Origin: Amoebidium appalachense
Lineage: Eukaryota > Protista > Ichthyosporea
Direction of reading: 5' to 3'
DNA length: 64,000 bases
Assembly: GCA_963693365.1 (NCBI GenBank)
Contig: CAVNZM010000008.1
Span: 4,488,310-4,552,309, forward strand
Both the position numbers and the translations under genes were made by a program. Position 1 is the first letter of the stretch, and each line of letters starts with the position of its first letter. Below, one piece after another: positions 39,801 to 51,111 of this stretch. The notes under the pieces are model-generated. The model was not told the origin of the DNA and made no database searches. It was given only the letters and a program-made list of their open reading frames with translations.

Positions 39801-41289
39801 TGAGTATCAAGCCTTCGTCGACAAAGACATCTTTGAACTTGTTGACCCTCCCCCTGGTGCTAACATCGTCGGCTTCAAGTGGATTGTCTCCGAGAAAACT
39901 CTCAACTCGGCTGGTGACACCAAGATCAAGGCACGTGGTGTTGCTCAAGGTTTCAGTCAGCAATACGGTGTTGACTATGAGTTGATTGAGAGCCCTGTCA
40001 TCCGTCCGGCTGCTCTCCGTGCCATCCTAGCTCTGGCCGTTGTTGAAGGTCATGACATACATCAACTCGACGTGTCTACGGCCTTTCTCAACAGCCCACT
40101 CACCGAGACTATCTACATGAAACAACCCCCGGGATTCATCACCATGGCCACACTTGGCAAGGTCTGGAGACTCAAGAAAGCCCTGTACGGCCTCAAGCAA
40201 GCCTCCAAGGCTTGGTACGACTTCCTCGACGGCATTCTTCTTGCCCATGGCCTGACCCGTACTAAGACCGACCCGTGCATCTACCTCCGGTTCTTCCCCA
40301 ACAACGATGTGGTACGGGCTGGTAACTACGTCGATGACTCCACCATCACCAACACCCGGGGTTCTACTGCTGCCAGTGACCTGGCTGCCCACATCAGCAA
40401 GATGGCCAGCTGTCGTATGAGTCCATTTGACCGTATGCTCGGTGTTGATTTTAATCACTCTGATCCCCATCACCTCCACATGCACCAGAGGTCTTACATC
40501 ATGGATATCATCCACGACTTCAACCTCACCGATGCCAAGTCCAAGTCTACCCCCATCCCTGCAGGCACCACCGTCTCCCTGGCTGATTGCCCCCCCCAAC
40601 CGTTCACCGTGCCCTACCGTGAGTTACTCGGCCGTCTACTCTGGGTGGCACGGTGCACACGTCCCGACATTGCCTATGCCATCGGCTTCCTTGGTCGGTT
40701 CAGCACCAACCCCGGCAAGACTCACTGGGACCTTCTCCGTCGTGTGGCCCGGTACCTGCTCGGCACCATTGACCTTGGCATTGACTACAAGTACTCGGCC
40801 ACCCAGTCCCCCATACTCGAATGCTACACGGATGCTGACTTTGCTGGTTGTGCCTACAGCAAGAAGTCTACCACCGGCTACATTATCGTGTTTGCTGGTA
40901 TGCCCATCATCTGGTACTCCAAGCTCCAGCCCATCACGGCCACCAGCACCACTGAAGCTGAGCTGATTGCTCTCAATGCTGGCACCCAAGAAGTTGCTTG
41001 GGTCCGTGACCTCTTCAAGGAACTCGGCTGTCCCATGCTTGCTCCGACTCCGGTGTACTGTGACAACCAGTCGACCATTGCCATCGTCAACTCCACCGGC
41101 ATCAAGCACCGTACCAAACACATTGCCGTCCGGTATCACAACACCAAGGACTACATTGCCAGTGGGGACGTGGTTGTCCACTACGTTGAGTCAGCCCACA
41201 ACTTAGCTGACATCCTCACCAAACCCCTCCCCGGCCCGAGTCATGTCCACCATCGTGCTCGACTTTGTTTACCGGATATTGTGGATTGA
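36883..41289 (+). CDS. Copia B gag-pol polyprotein with two 1-nt frameshifts (~39247, ~39445)
   Basis: MDPNKTG start, CSYCHEPDHTIIDC knuckle, WDSGC protease, WHHRLGH..CHGC, HFDSGSEF, LNGYVER, KARGVAQG, YVDD, YTDADF, KHIAVRYH, ADILTKPL. Confidence 0.93.
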
Positions 41290-41753
41290 CCCGACCAACT
41301 TCAAGAGTGATTTTCTAATGTTTACTACTTACTTTATCATCATCATTATTTCATATGTATTGCCTTTGTGGGTATGCCCACTTAGGGTTTATATATAAGG
41401 TTTGACCTGTACCATCACTCTACTCTATCTTTCACTGGTTTAAAACCCAGTTAATCAAACACCGCCTATACACGTTATATATATTTGTTGTTTTGCCCCG
41501 GTCCCTTCCCCCCCCCCCCCCCCCCCCCCCCCTTCCCCCCCCCTTTCCCCTCCCCCCCCTTCCCCCCCTTCCCCCCCCCCCCCCTCTCCCCCCCCCCCCT
41601 CCCCCCCCCCCCTTCTCCCCCCCCCCCCCCCCCCCCCGGACAAGTACACACTTTAATTTTTTTTTTCTTTTTTCCGTTTCTGTTCTCAAGTGGGGAGATT
41701 TCAATAGTTCAGTGGGGATATGATAACACAAACTTCAAAGTCTTAAGTGGGGA

Positions 41754-42688
41754 TGTTATAATATGTAGTATTTACATATTGTAAGATCTTCTCAGTTCGT
41801 GTTATGTTTTCATTCATTTACTTAATGAAAAAGATGTGCTCCTTGTACGTAAATTATGACATCGATCTCCAGTGTATTTGAGTACTTGTAATCGTGTTGT
41901 GTCGGCTATATTCGTGTGTTTAGATATCGATTACAGCAACTGATTATAGGTACACGAGTCTACCCAGTGAGGGAGACACGTGTACATGTTATGTGTACAT
42001 GAATATCTTCGGTTATAACTGTGTTTTGCTGTTCGTGTTTTCTGTCCTGCTTTCTTTTCTTTTTCCTCTTTCTTCTTCTTTTCTTTTCTCTTTCTTTCTT
42101 CTCTTGTTTCCTTTCATTTAATTATATTTCTCTCTCACTAATATACGTTGAGTAGATTTATATTACTCGTCATGTTTTGATTGGTAGAAAAACACTTAGG
42201 TTACACTTTAGCTTGTCAGGTATGATTCATAGCTTAGTCAACCACTTTTGTTTTGTGTGTTGCCGTACTATATCCAATCAGTGGACTTAGTCGGAAAATG
42301 TCTGAGTCTTTGTAGCCGATGATAGGTTAGAAACATCACCTCTTTCCTCGTTACTCTTCACCTCTTTTCTTTCTTATAGCTGTGACCTATGGTGTGTGTT
42401 CCCGCGTCTCCGGATCTATCCGGGAAATAATCAGTTAATTGTGATTGGTTATTTTAGACATAGATCTGATTTCCGACTGGTCGGAAATCATGTATGGATT
42501 TAACTTAAGGGAATTTCAGGTATTTATTAGCGATCAAAATAAATTGAGTTCAGTCGTGTCTAAACATTGATGTCTGTTGTGTACACTGCTCCGATCGTTC
42601 CGTGTTTTGTTGTTGTGTGTGTCTGTGGTGTTTTCACACTGCACCACTGTGTCTCTGCTTTCATCCCAAATACTTATAGAATTTAACA
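41754..42688 (+). repeat. 3' LTR of Copia B
   Basis: Direct repeat of 35886-36820. Confidence 0.95.
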
Positions 42689-44018
42689 TGTCGGGGATGG
42701 AGGGCACGTAGAGTACATCCGTCAGCTGATGCACAGCAGTAACGCCGTCGATGGTGCTGGAAAAGAACACGTCGCCCACCCCAAGCACTGCACATGCACC
42801 CTTGTCGGCTACTTGGACCGTGGAGTAAGGCGCCGCACGCATGTTGACGAACACATCGGGCCGGGGGCACACATGGTCAGTGGCTCCAGAGTCGAGGAGC
42901 ACCTTGTTGGTGCCACAGTCGTTGCTAGACATGAGGAAAGCCCGGGGAGCGGCAGCCCCCCCCTTGCACTGTGCCGTAGTGTGGGTAGTAGAGGCAGGGT
43001 GGTTGATGCAGGACCCAGGCGGGAGGGGACCACCCTTAGGTTTGCGGCCGTTGGCACGGTTGCCCCCCTTGCACATGGCGGTAGTGTGACTGGTAGACAG
43101 TGGGTGGTTGACGCAGGAACCCTTGGGGTAGGTGCTGGCACGGTTGTTGCCAGAGTTGCTGTGTTGGCCGTTGCCGTTGGGGCACTGAGACTTGATGTGG
43201 CCTGGTTTGCCGCAGCCATGGCAGATGACAGGTTGAGGAGCCCGTGTGGTGAAGGCGGCCGGCCCGGAGCTGGTAGTCACACGTGCACGTGGGTGGCTGG
43301 TCTCATATGCCCGTAGCTGTTGGAGGAGGCCCATCACGGTAGGCTTGGGTGTCATCTTGTAGGCAATTACAGGCATTTCGTAGTAAGGCACCTTGCCGAG
43401 GTCGTTGGTGAGCTTGGTCAGCACTTGAGCATCACCAATTTTTGTGCCGTAATCGGCCAGGCGCCGCACGTAGCCGCGGAGTTTCATGGCGTATTTCGTC
43501 GCGGTGTCCGTAGGTTCAGGCGTAGAATTCATGTACAGCCCGATAAGGTCGTACTGATTGGCCTCAGATTGCTCCAGGTAGTGGGCAGATAGGGCCGACC
43601 ATATCTCCGCAGGTGTGGTGGTGCGTGTTAACCCTAGGATACAACGCACGTCAACCGAGAGTGCTTGCCACAGGTAGGAACGGGCAGTGTCGACCTGTTC
43701 ACGGGTAGCCGGGTGCTCCGTACTGGGCGCGATGGTGTGGAGAAGACCAGCACCAGAAAGCTGGACATACATGGTTTCGGCCCATGTGTGGTAGTCCGTG
43801 CCTGAATCATTATCAATGCCAGTGAAGAGAGGGATGTCGACCTTGAACTTGATGGAATCATTACGTGAGGGGCCCATAACCCTGTTGGACATTGTGTTCA
43901 TAGAAGCTAGTTCTAGTGCACGTTGTTCCTTCTGTAAGTCAGAAATGATTGCATCTTGTGAGGCCAACCTCTGCTCCAGTAGTTGGACTAGTTGCTGCAA
44001 CTGTAAGTTGTCAGACAT
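42689..44018 (-). CDS. Copia A gag-protease, 5' part, starting inside the 5' LTR
   Basis: MSDNLQ... gag, CHGCGKPGHIKSQC, LLDSGATDH. Removing Copia B and one TSD restores VLYVPSIPD-TLISV in frame. Confidence 0.92.
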
Positions 44019-44647
44019 AGTGTCGTGTATGATGGGTAACTAGTCTATGTGTTTTGTGCACTGGAAACGACAGTAGAAAAGTGTAAATCAAACGTTCTGC
44101 TTCCCATGTTTGTGACATGGGAGGCACTGCTTTATATAGTCGTTGGCCACCTCATGGTGGCCTCGTGTGCACCCTGGTGGTGGGCCATGTACAGCATGGC
44201 CGAAAAGAGAGCACAATGAAAACAAGTCGTTAAAGATATAAAAGTTAACTGTGCACGTTGAGTGGCTAGTTAACTTGCACTAAAGCACACAAATAAACGT
44301 GTTTAACACACCAATTGCAGTTAAACGTAAATCTTACTTCACACAACTAAAAATATTCTGAGAATATCCGGGAATAAAGCACACTACCACTCTAAGAATA
44401 GAATCCTGTGGCAAATATAGACATGACATCATCTGAACCGGGAATATTAATTAATGAGCACAATTAGCACGTTGCTAGTGAAGCTCGTCATTGGTACAGT
44501 TTTGGCTCAAACATATAACTACCATATATGAATATGACCGTAAACAAAAGCTCTATGCACTCGAGTGAGTGTTGAAACAGTTATTCAATTGCTCAGAAAC
44601 TTTCTCTAACAGACATTGCTAGCCGGGAGTACCAGTGTACTCCAACA
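43883..44647 (-). repeat. 5' LTR of Copia A
   Basis: Direct repeat of 31954-32718; TATA-like CTATATAAAG at ~44129-44139 on the minus strand. Confidence 0.95.
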
Positions 44648-44785
44648 CCCCCCCCCCCCCCCCCCCCCCCCCCCCCAGGCAAACGCAGAGACACGCTCAA
44701 ACACCCCAATGCAGACACACACAGACGCGTACACGCATTGCACACATATGCACTCACACACACACACACACACAATCACACAAAA

Positions 44786-44824
<39 letters not shown>

Positions 44825-44867
44825 CACGCCACACACGCACACACGCAGGGGGGGGGGGGGGGGGGGG

Positions 44868-45750
44868 GTGGCACTGGTGAGGTGCCCTCGCCTAGCCACC
44901 TTCAGCTCTCTAGTCAATATTCTCAAGACTTGCCCCTGTCTCAGACTGCCATACTTTCTTCATTTGTCTAACTCCTCGCTTCTGCCCCCTTGGCCCTCTT
45001 CTCCCAAAAAATCATTCTCAACACTCCCCTGGAACCCATGAGCGAACCGTACATAAGACGCAAAAAGAAGAAAGAAAGGACTATGTCACATGTGTATCAA
45101 TAGCAAAGTTTATAATACGAGTCAAGACCCTCGCCCATCTCCCTAGGTATCGCGCGCATACGTGCATCCTGTCATTGGAGGGCTGCAGGCAACTAACAAA
45201 AAGCGTGAATTCAGACTCGCAAACTAAATAACCTGCAAAAAACTGGCTCCTTGGCATCTGCAAGATGCACACGCACACGCACACACACACGCGCGCGTGC
45301 GCGCGCACATGCACAAACACACGTGCACACCGTCGTCACACACACGCACACACGCCCGCGCACACATACGCGTGCACAAACAAACGCGCACACACACACG
45401 CACACACAGACAGACAGGCCCTAAAACACGCGCGCCCTCAGACACCGACGCAAACACCCAAGTGACACACAGACACAGACGCACACACGCACACACACGC
45501 ACACATGTACACGCACACGCACACCCAATCGCGGAATACATACATGCACACGCACACACACACACACACAAAAAGACGCCGCACACGCACACATGTCACG
45601 CACGCACACACATACACGCACGATGCACTCACTCGATCAAGCCACACACACATGTCGCACACGTGTGCTTTGGCAGATCTCTGCGGATCCTCAGGCTGGA
45701 TGAGTCGAGCATGCACAAGCGTGTTCTTCACCATGCTTCCTCTGTGCACT
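44868..45750 (+). pseudogene. LRR exon remnants, likely the downstream part of the plus-strand F-box paralog
   Basis: VALVRCPRLATFSSLVNILKTCPCLRL (44868-44950; Cys-containing LRR pattern) and cag|..SLRILRLDES (from ~45677). Confidence 0.4.
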
Positions 45751-46864
45751 TGTTCCCTTCTCCACTAACCCCTGTAATAGATTAATAAGCTCTTCGAGGT
45801 ATGAATTTTTTTATATAATGACTTTATTGATGTGCTCATGCAGAAAAGGAGATATCGCAGATATCTCAAAGAGACGACTGGTATCGAGTCGCTCAAATAA
45901 TGTACATGTGGAGGTAGACTCACAGATATATACATAATACCCAATAATTATATTGGACAAGTAAGAAAAAAACAAACACTAATATCAGAGTCAGTGCTAT
46001 ATAGTAGATATGGCATACTATGATGATAACAAAAGTGCTCGATTGCCTCCACTTCAAGTTGCTCGATTGCCCCTACTGACGAGAATACAAAAAAAGCCAT
46101 GAGTGAACTGTAGCATCGATGGCAGAGTACATTCATGAGAATCTCGGGGAATGGCTAGATTGCTCCATCAAAGTTACGAAAATGTCTCGGCTGCAAACTG
46201 TAAGAAAGCCATCTGTAACTACTCCAAAGACAGAGCCTGCCCTAAGACTCAATCAAAGGAGCAGCACCAGAGAGGTTTCTACTAAAGAGCAATACAGAAC
46301 ATGTAGGACTACAGATCTACCTCAGTGGGCGCCGTGCTCGGAGGAACCCTTCAAGGAGAACATGCAGTCAAACAAGGCAGCCTAGTTGTGACGGGAGGCA
46401 CAAAAGGAACCAACGCTACAAAACAAGCGGACACAAAAACCAAGGCCATAGAGCTAACTGTCACCGCAAGAAGAGCCCGTGACTGTAGCCGGCTGAGGAA
46501 GCTTCTCAACGTCTCAGTCAGCCACAAACCACCCCAAACGCGCGCCGCGGAGGAGACGTCAACCATCAAGCCGCAGTTGCACCCCAAGGAGAAAACATAG
46601 AGTTGGAAAAAACATAGTTGTGCCCCATCTGATAAGAGAAGGGTGCCGCCGCTAACCCAGAAGGCCGCCAACCCCGGAGAAGCCTCGCGGCCATTATAAA
46701 AACCATCCACACGCCCCTCCCCCAAAGACGCGAAGACAGGCCACAATGGGGAGAGGTAGCTCACGGCCAGTACCTTGCAGGCCACAGGAAACAACTATCA
46801 CCCCGGTTGCGCCAGCACCTGCTTGCCTGGAAGTCATCCCCCCTGTACTGGACTTCAGTACCGT

Positions 46865-47300
46865 CACAAAAAAGAAAGAAGCGAAAACTCTTATATACCT
46901 GCCATGATGAAAATTCGGGGGAAAAAAGGTAATGTGAAAGGAAAGTGATCGAAGTGAAAATGAAGTCACAAAAAGAAAGTAGTGAAAGCTCTTATATACC
47001 TGCCATGATGAAAATTCGGCGAAAAAAGGTAATGTGAAAGGAAAGTGATCGAAGTGAAAATGAAGTCCACAAAAAGAAAGAAGCGAAAGCTCTTATATAC
47101 CTGCCAATATGAAAATTCGGGGGCAAAAAGGGTAATGTGAAAGGAAAGTGATCGAAGTGAAAATGAAGTCACAAAAAGAAAGAAGCGAAAGCTCTTATTT
47201 ATACCTGCCATGATGAAAATTCGGGGAAAAAAGGTAATGTGAAAGGAAAGTGATCGAAGTGAAAATGAAGTCCACAAAAAGAAAGAAGCGAATGCTCTTA
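46865..47300. repeat. Tandem array of ~102-bp units (4 full units plus one split by the pogo element, resuming at 49984-50024)
   Basis: Unit CACAAAAAGAAAGAAGCGAAAGCTCTTATATACCTGCCATGATGAAAATTCGGG..GGTAATGTGAAAGGAAAGTGATCGAAGTGAAAATGAAGT; no spacers. Confidence 0.92.
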
Positions 47301-49983
47301 GGGGTAAACCTGCAAATCGTGAGAACTTTTCCCAGAAACTCGTATATCTTGTGAAGGGATGATTATTTTTAAAAGCGGAAAAAACCTTTATAATACAATT
47401 TTAAGTCCTCTACTAGGAACTGGTACTTAAAACAACAAAGCGACAGCAGTTTAGTTCAGGCAGTTGATTTGTCGACCATACCTTCAAATCAATTAGAGAA
47501 CCCTGTAGATCATGATAGGCTCTTGACTGTCGGATGATCGATCTATCACATGTCGCCGCAAAACAAAACAAGAGGTCCCGTCGAGTGCCCACACTATCTA
47601 TTCTCCCACTTTCTCCTAGCTCTTTTTACGGTCACTAAAACTCCGAGGCTTCGAGGCCAAACATACACAAGGACAAGTAAAATGGCATTTGCCGACATTA
47701 TTCTTGTGCCCCGGCTTGACACAAGCGACATGGTTGACATAGAGTACAAGGATGATGCGCAGTTACTGAAAATCAAGCACTATCCTCACTTGGAAGTCCT
47801 GCTTACCATCTGGGAGGATACAGCACACATATACTACGCAAACGTCACAACTGCGGAATATGAAGCTGTTCTGCGTCAAAAGGAACTCTTTATTTTTAAA
47901 CAATCAGACGGCAGCCCCATAGTCGCTCGTGGGCATCACATCCTCCTCCGTGTCACTCCCACTTCCTTCACCTTCTTCCCCTACATCTTCCCACATGCTC
48001 CTCCCCCTGTATCTCTCCTCCCACTCCTCCTTTGCGCTCTGTTCCCCTCGCCCTCCTGTGCGTACTCGCTTTCGCTAACATCCTGCTCCGCATCATTGGT
48101 GGTGTTGTTCGGTTTCGCTGCGACGCTTGTGTTCTCCAACCCCTTGTTCCGTGTCTTTAGGTGCCGCTTGCACAGTCGCACCCCTCCGTGTTCGTGGCTT
48201 GGCATGGCTTTGATGCCACAAAGTTCCCCCGACTGCTTGTTTGCTTGGCAGGGGCCACTAAGGCCTTTTGCTTCTTTCTTCCCTCCGCTGCCTTTGCCCG
48301 TTCCTCCTCCTTCTGCTTCTCCTCCGCCACAACACGTTCCTTCTCCCTTCTGCCGTCCAAGTGCTGCTCGCTTGTTCTGATCATGCACCCCTGTTGCTTT
48401 TTCCGTTTTCGCACTATCGTGGCGTTGCTGTTTGGGTTGCGTTCTGCGAGTGGTGCTCGACCGTGTGGTGGTGTTTGCTGGGGCGTGCTGGTGGGGTCGG
48501 CTGTTTGCGCGGGGGGTTGGGTGGGGAGGGGGCCTGCCTGCTCGGGACGAATGTTGTGCACTGTACCGAACCGCTGTCTTGCTGTTTTGAGGGCAAAGAC
48601 TTCTGCCTCCAATTCGGGTGTCGCCGGGTGTGCTCGAGGTATATTGTGCTGGTGCTCCAACCGTCATCAGAGTAGGCTAGCAACGCGTCTGGGTGGATAT
48701 ACTTAACGGCCGTTTCCATTTCCTCTGACATGAGACTCGAGGGCACTACAATGGTGGGTGGGAGGGCGTCACCGGACGCAACAGTAGTAGGAATGATGGA
48801 TAGGTGCCAGTCTTGCTCCGCAAACCCATAGCCGACTTTGTATGTTTTTCATGTCTGTGACCGTGAGAAGTTTCTGACCCGCACGCACGTTGGTTATGCG
48901 CAGTTGTTTCTCGTCGTCATTGAACAGATTCTTCTCCACGTTTATTTGCTTTTCTTCCACCAGTTCCTCCACCATATCAAACCACGAATTCATCGTCTCC
49001 TCCGTGAGAGCGGAAACGCGCGCTTTCAAAAGTTCGTTTGGTTTGCGGAAATTGAGGTTGTAATTATAACCGTGCTGTTTGGCACGGCGTTCGAACAAAT
49101 TGAACCACCCCTCACCCGGAAGCCCGTCTGCTGTATTGAATTTTTTGCCGTTACGCTCAGCAATATCCCGTGCAGACCTGAGAACTTCAGCACGAGAAAC
49201 CCCCAACCCCCTCCCAGCCAGGAACACCAGCCCACTAGCAAGGCCAATCTCCTCAACTCAGTGTTAGAATGGGCTTAGGGCCCGGTTTCTTGTTTCCATA
49301 CTCAGGGTCTTTTTTGTGTCTGTATAGGGTTGCAACGGAAATGCCAGTGGTTGCAGCTACTTCGGCAACCCGTTGCTTGACTGAGCTTCTCTTCTTTAGC
49401 TGTCTAGTTGCCTGTTCCATGAACATGGGATTATACTTGGGCCCGTACTTGTAACCCTGCTTTATTACACTAGGTGCACTGCGAGTGGGCCCTTTTTTGC
49501 GAAGCTTAGGCATATGCTTGTTTTTTTTGGGAGCCTTTGCCATTTTCTGACACGCAGTTACAACAGTGCTGTACTATGCTAGTGTTGTGGTCAGTAATGA
49601 AGGCCAATGCTACCCCGAGCATCACGTGCTCACACCAGCTACGTACCCCTACACAATTACACCCAAACAAAGGCAAAAACTACTCAGAAACACTTATTTA
49701 GTTGAAAAGAAAGTGGTTTGTGCCCGTTTATTATGTAGAAAACATGTCCGAAGGGTTTTGGCCAGCAGCTCATGAGAGCTCACATTTCACGTTCTAGGTA
49801 TCGGAGAAGCGCCGTTTTTTTTTGCCGTTGCAGGCCTGAGTGCCAGTAACCGCCCCACCCATTTCCCCGCCCATATTCAAACAAAACCAATGAGAAAAAA
49901 CGCACAAAAAAAGAAAATAACCAAGTATGGGATCATAAGTTTCTCACGATTTACAGGGCTCTCAAGATTTGCAGGTTTGCCCC
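47301..49983 (-). mobile_element. pogo/Fot1-like DNA transposon (Tc1/mariner-pogo group), decayed
   Basis: 24-bp TIRs GGGGTAAACCTGCAAATCGTGAGA / TCTCAAGATTTGCAGGTTTGCCCC (2 mismatches); TA TSD at 47299-47300 and 49984-49985. Confidence 0.92.
48630..49543 (-). pseudogene. Frameshifted, internally deleted pogo-type transposase
   Basis: HTH VAEVAATTGISVATLYRH, CENP-B-like HTH LPGEGWFNLFERR, DDE_1 start NLFNDDEK, then LPPTIV...SDDGWST. The rest of the catalytic domain is not seen. Confidence 0.85.
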
Positions 49984-50096
49984 TACATACCTGCCAAGGA
50001 AAGTGATCGAAGTGAAAATGAAGTCTGAATGCACGTCAAGTTACAAAAAGCAGCACAATCGGATGAAGCCCAGCGGGCCGGCCGGCGGCCGAGGCG

Positions 50097-51078
50097 CTGG
50101 CGCAGCAAGGCCTCCCAATTAGCTCACCGGGCCGAGGCACGGGTCGTCACATAGGAATGATGACGTCATCAAGGGTAGGGCCATGTTTCGCCGATTCACA
50201 GTGTGCCGGAGTATGGCATAGTGTAGTGAAGTGCGTATGTTCGCGACCCTTTTCGTGAGGTTTTCCTGCAGTAGTAACGCGAAAAAGATAGGTAGTGCCT
50301 CTATAGACACTCTCAGCAGCTACCCATTTGTCATAAGCTTGTGCTTTCTGCAGCTAAAAGCCGAAATACAGGCATCAACCGCGTGCATCTTGTTTTGGGT
50401 TCGGCCGATGAGCGCCCATTGACCAGCGAACTGAGCAGTTCGGCTAACTTACAGACTCACGTTCAAAACTCGGCAGATATTTTCACACAAAACTTGAGCA
50501 TCTGAATAGATTAACTCGGGCCAGGATAAATAGCGTGATGCTTTGAATACAAAGGCCCGGCGCCACCATCCCTCCTCAGCATCACTCCCCATTTCGCCCT
50601 TTTTCCTTCGGATCCTCTTCTTCACTAGATCTATTCTCCTCCACCTCGAAAGAAAACACCACTACTACCACCACCAGAACGTGTTCCCTTTCTCCCACCT
50701 TCCCTCTCTCGACCAACTGATTCACCACCACCACAAACATCACTTCCCCCTTACTCCCCCCTCCCCCCCCCCCCCCCCCCCCACCCCACCCCACCCCACC
50801 CCCACCCCCACCTCCGGCCACACACAAACACACCTTCCCACCCCCAATTTTTTACTCCTGATCCACCTTAAAGGCCTACTCAAGCCTTATATACGTAGCT
50901 CTGCTCCTCGAAGGAAACCACCGCTGTTACCACCACCACAACTACACGCTCCCTCACTTACACCTCCCCTCTAACCCCCGTATCCACCAGCACAGCTAAA
51001 ATCCCTACCACCCTTCCTCCCCTGTTCTCCCCCGTGAACCCTCTTCGGATCCGACATCCGACTAGATCTGTTTTCTCA

Positions 51079-51111
<33 letters not shown>

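Larger units (their letters stand above)
35886..42688 (+). mobile_element. Ty1/Copia LTR retrotransposon B (inner), full length
   Basis: 935-bp LTRs at 35886-36820 and 41754-42688 (TGTTA...TAACA), with no differences noticed by eye. TSD TGTCG at 35881-35885 and 42689-42693; PBS-like GGTTATGCAGCCC; PPT AAGTGGGGA. Confidence 0.96.
31954..44647 (-). mobile_element. Ty1/Copia LTR retrotransposon A (outer), interrupted by Copia B
   Basis: 765-bp LTRs at 43883-44647 (5') and 31954-32718 (3') with TGTTGGA...TCCAACA ends; only 2 differences noticed by eye. PBS GGGTTATGGGCCC, PPT GAGTAGGGG, and CCCCC on both flanks. Confidence 0.95.

Noticed and set aside
46865-47300. CRISPR-like array
   Set aside because: Units are contiguous ~102-bp repeats with no unique spacers, no cas genes and a eukaryotic context.
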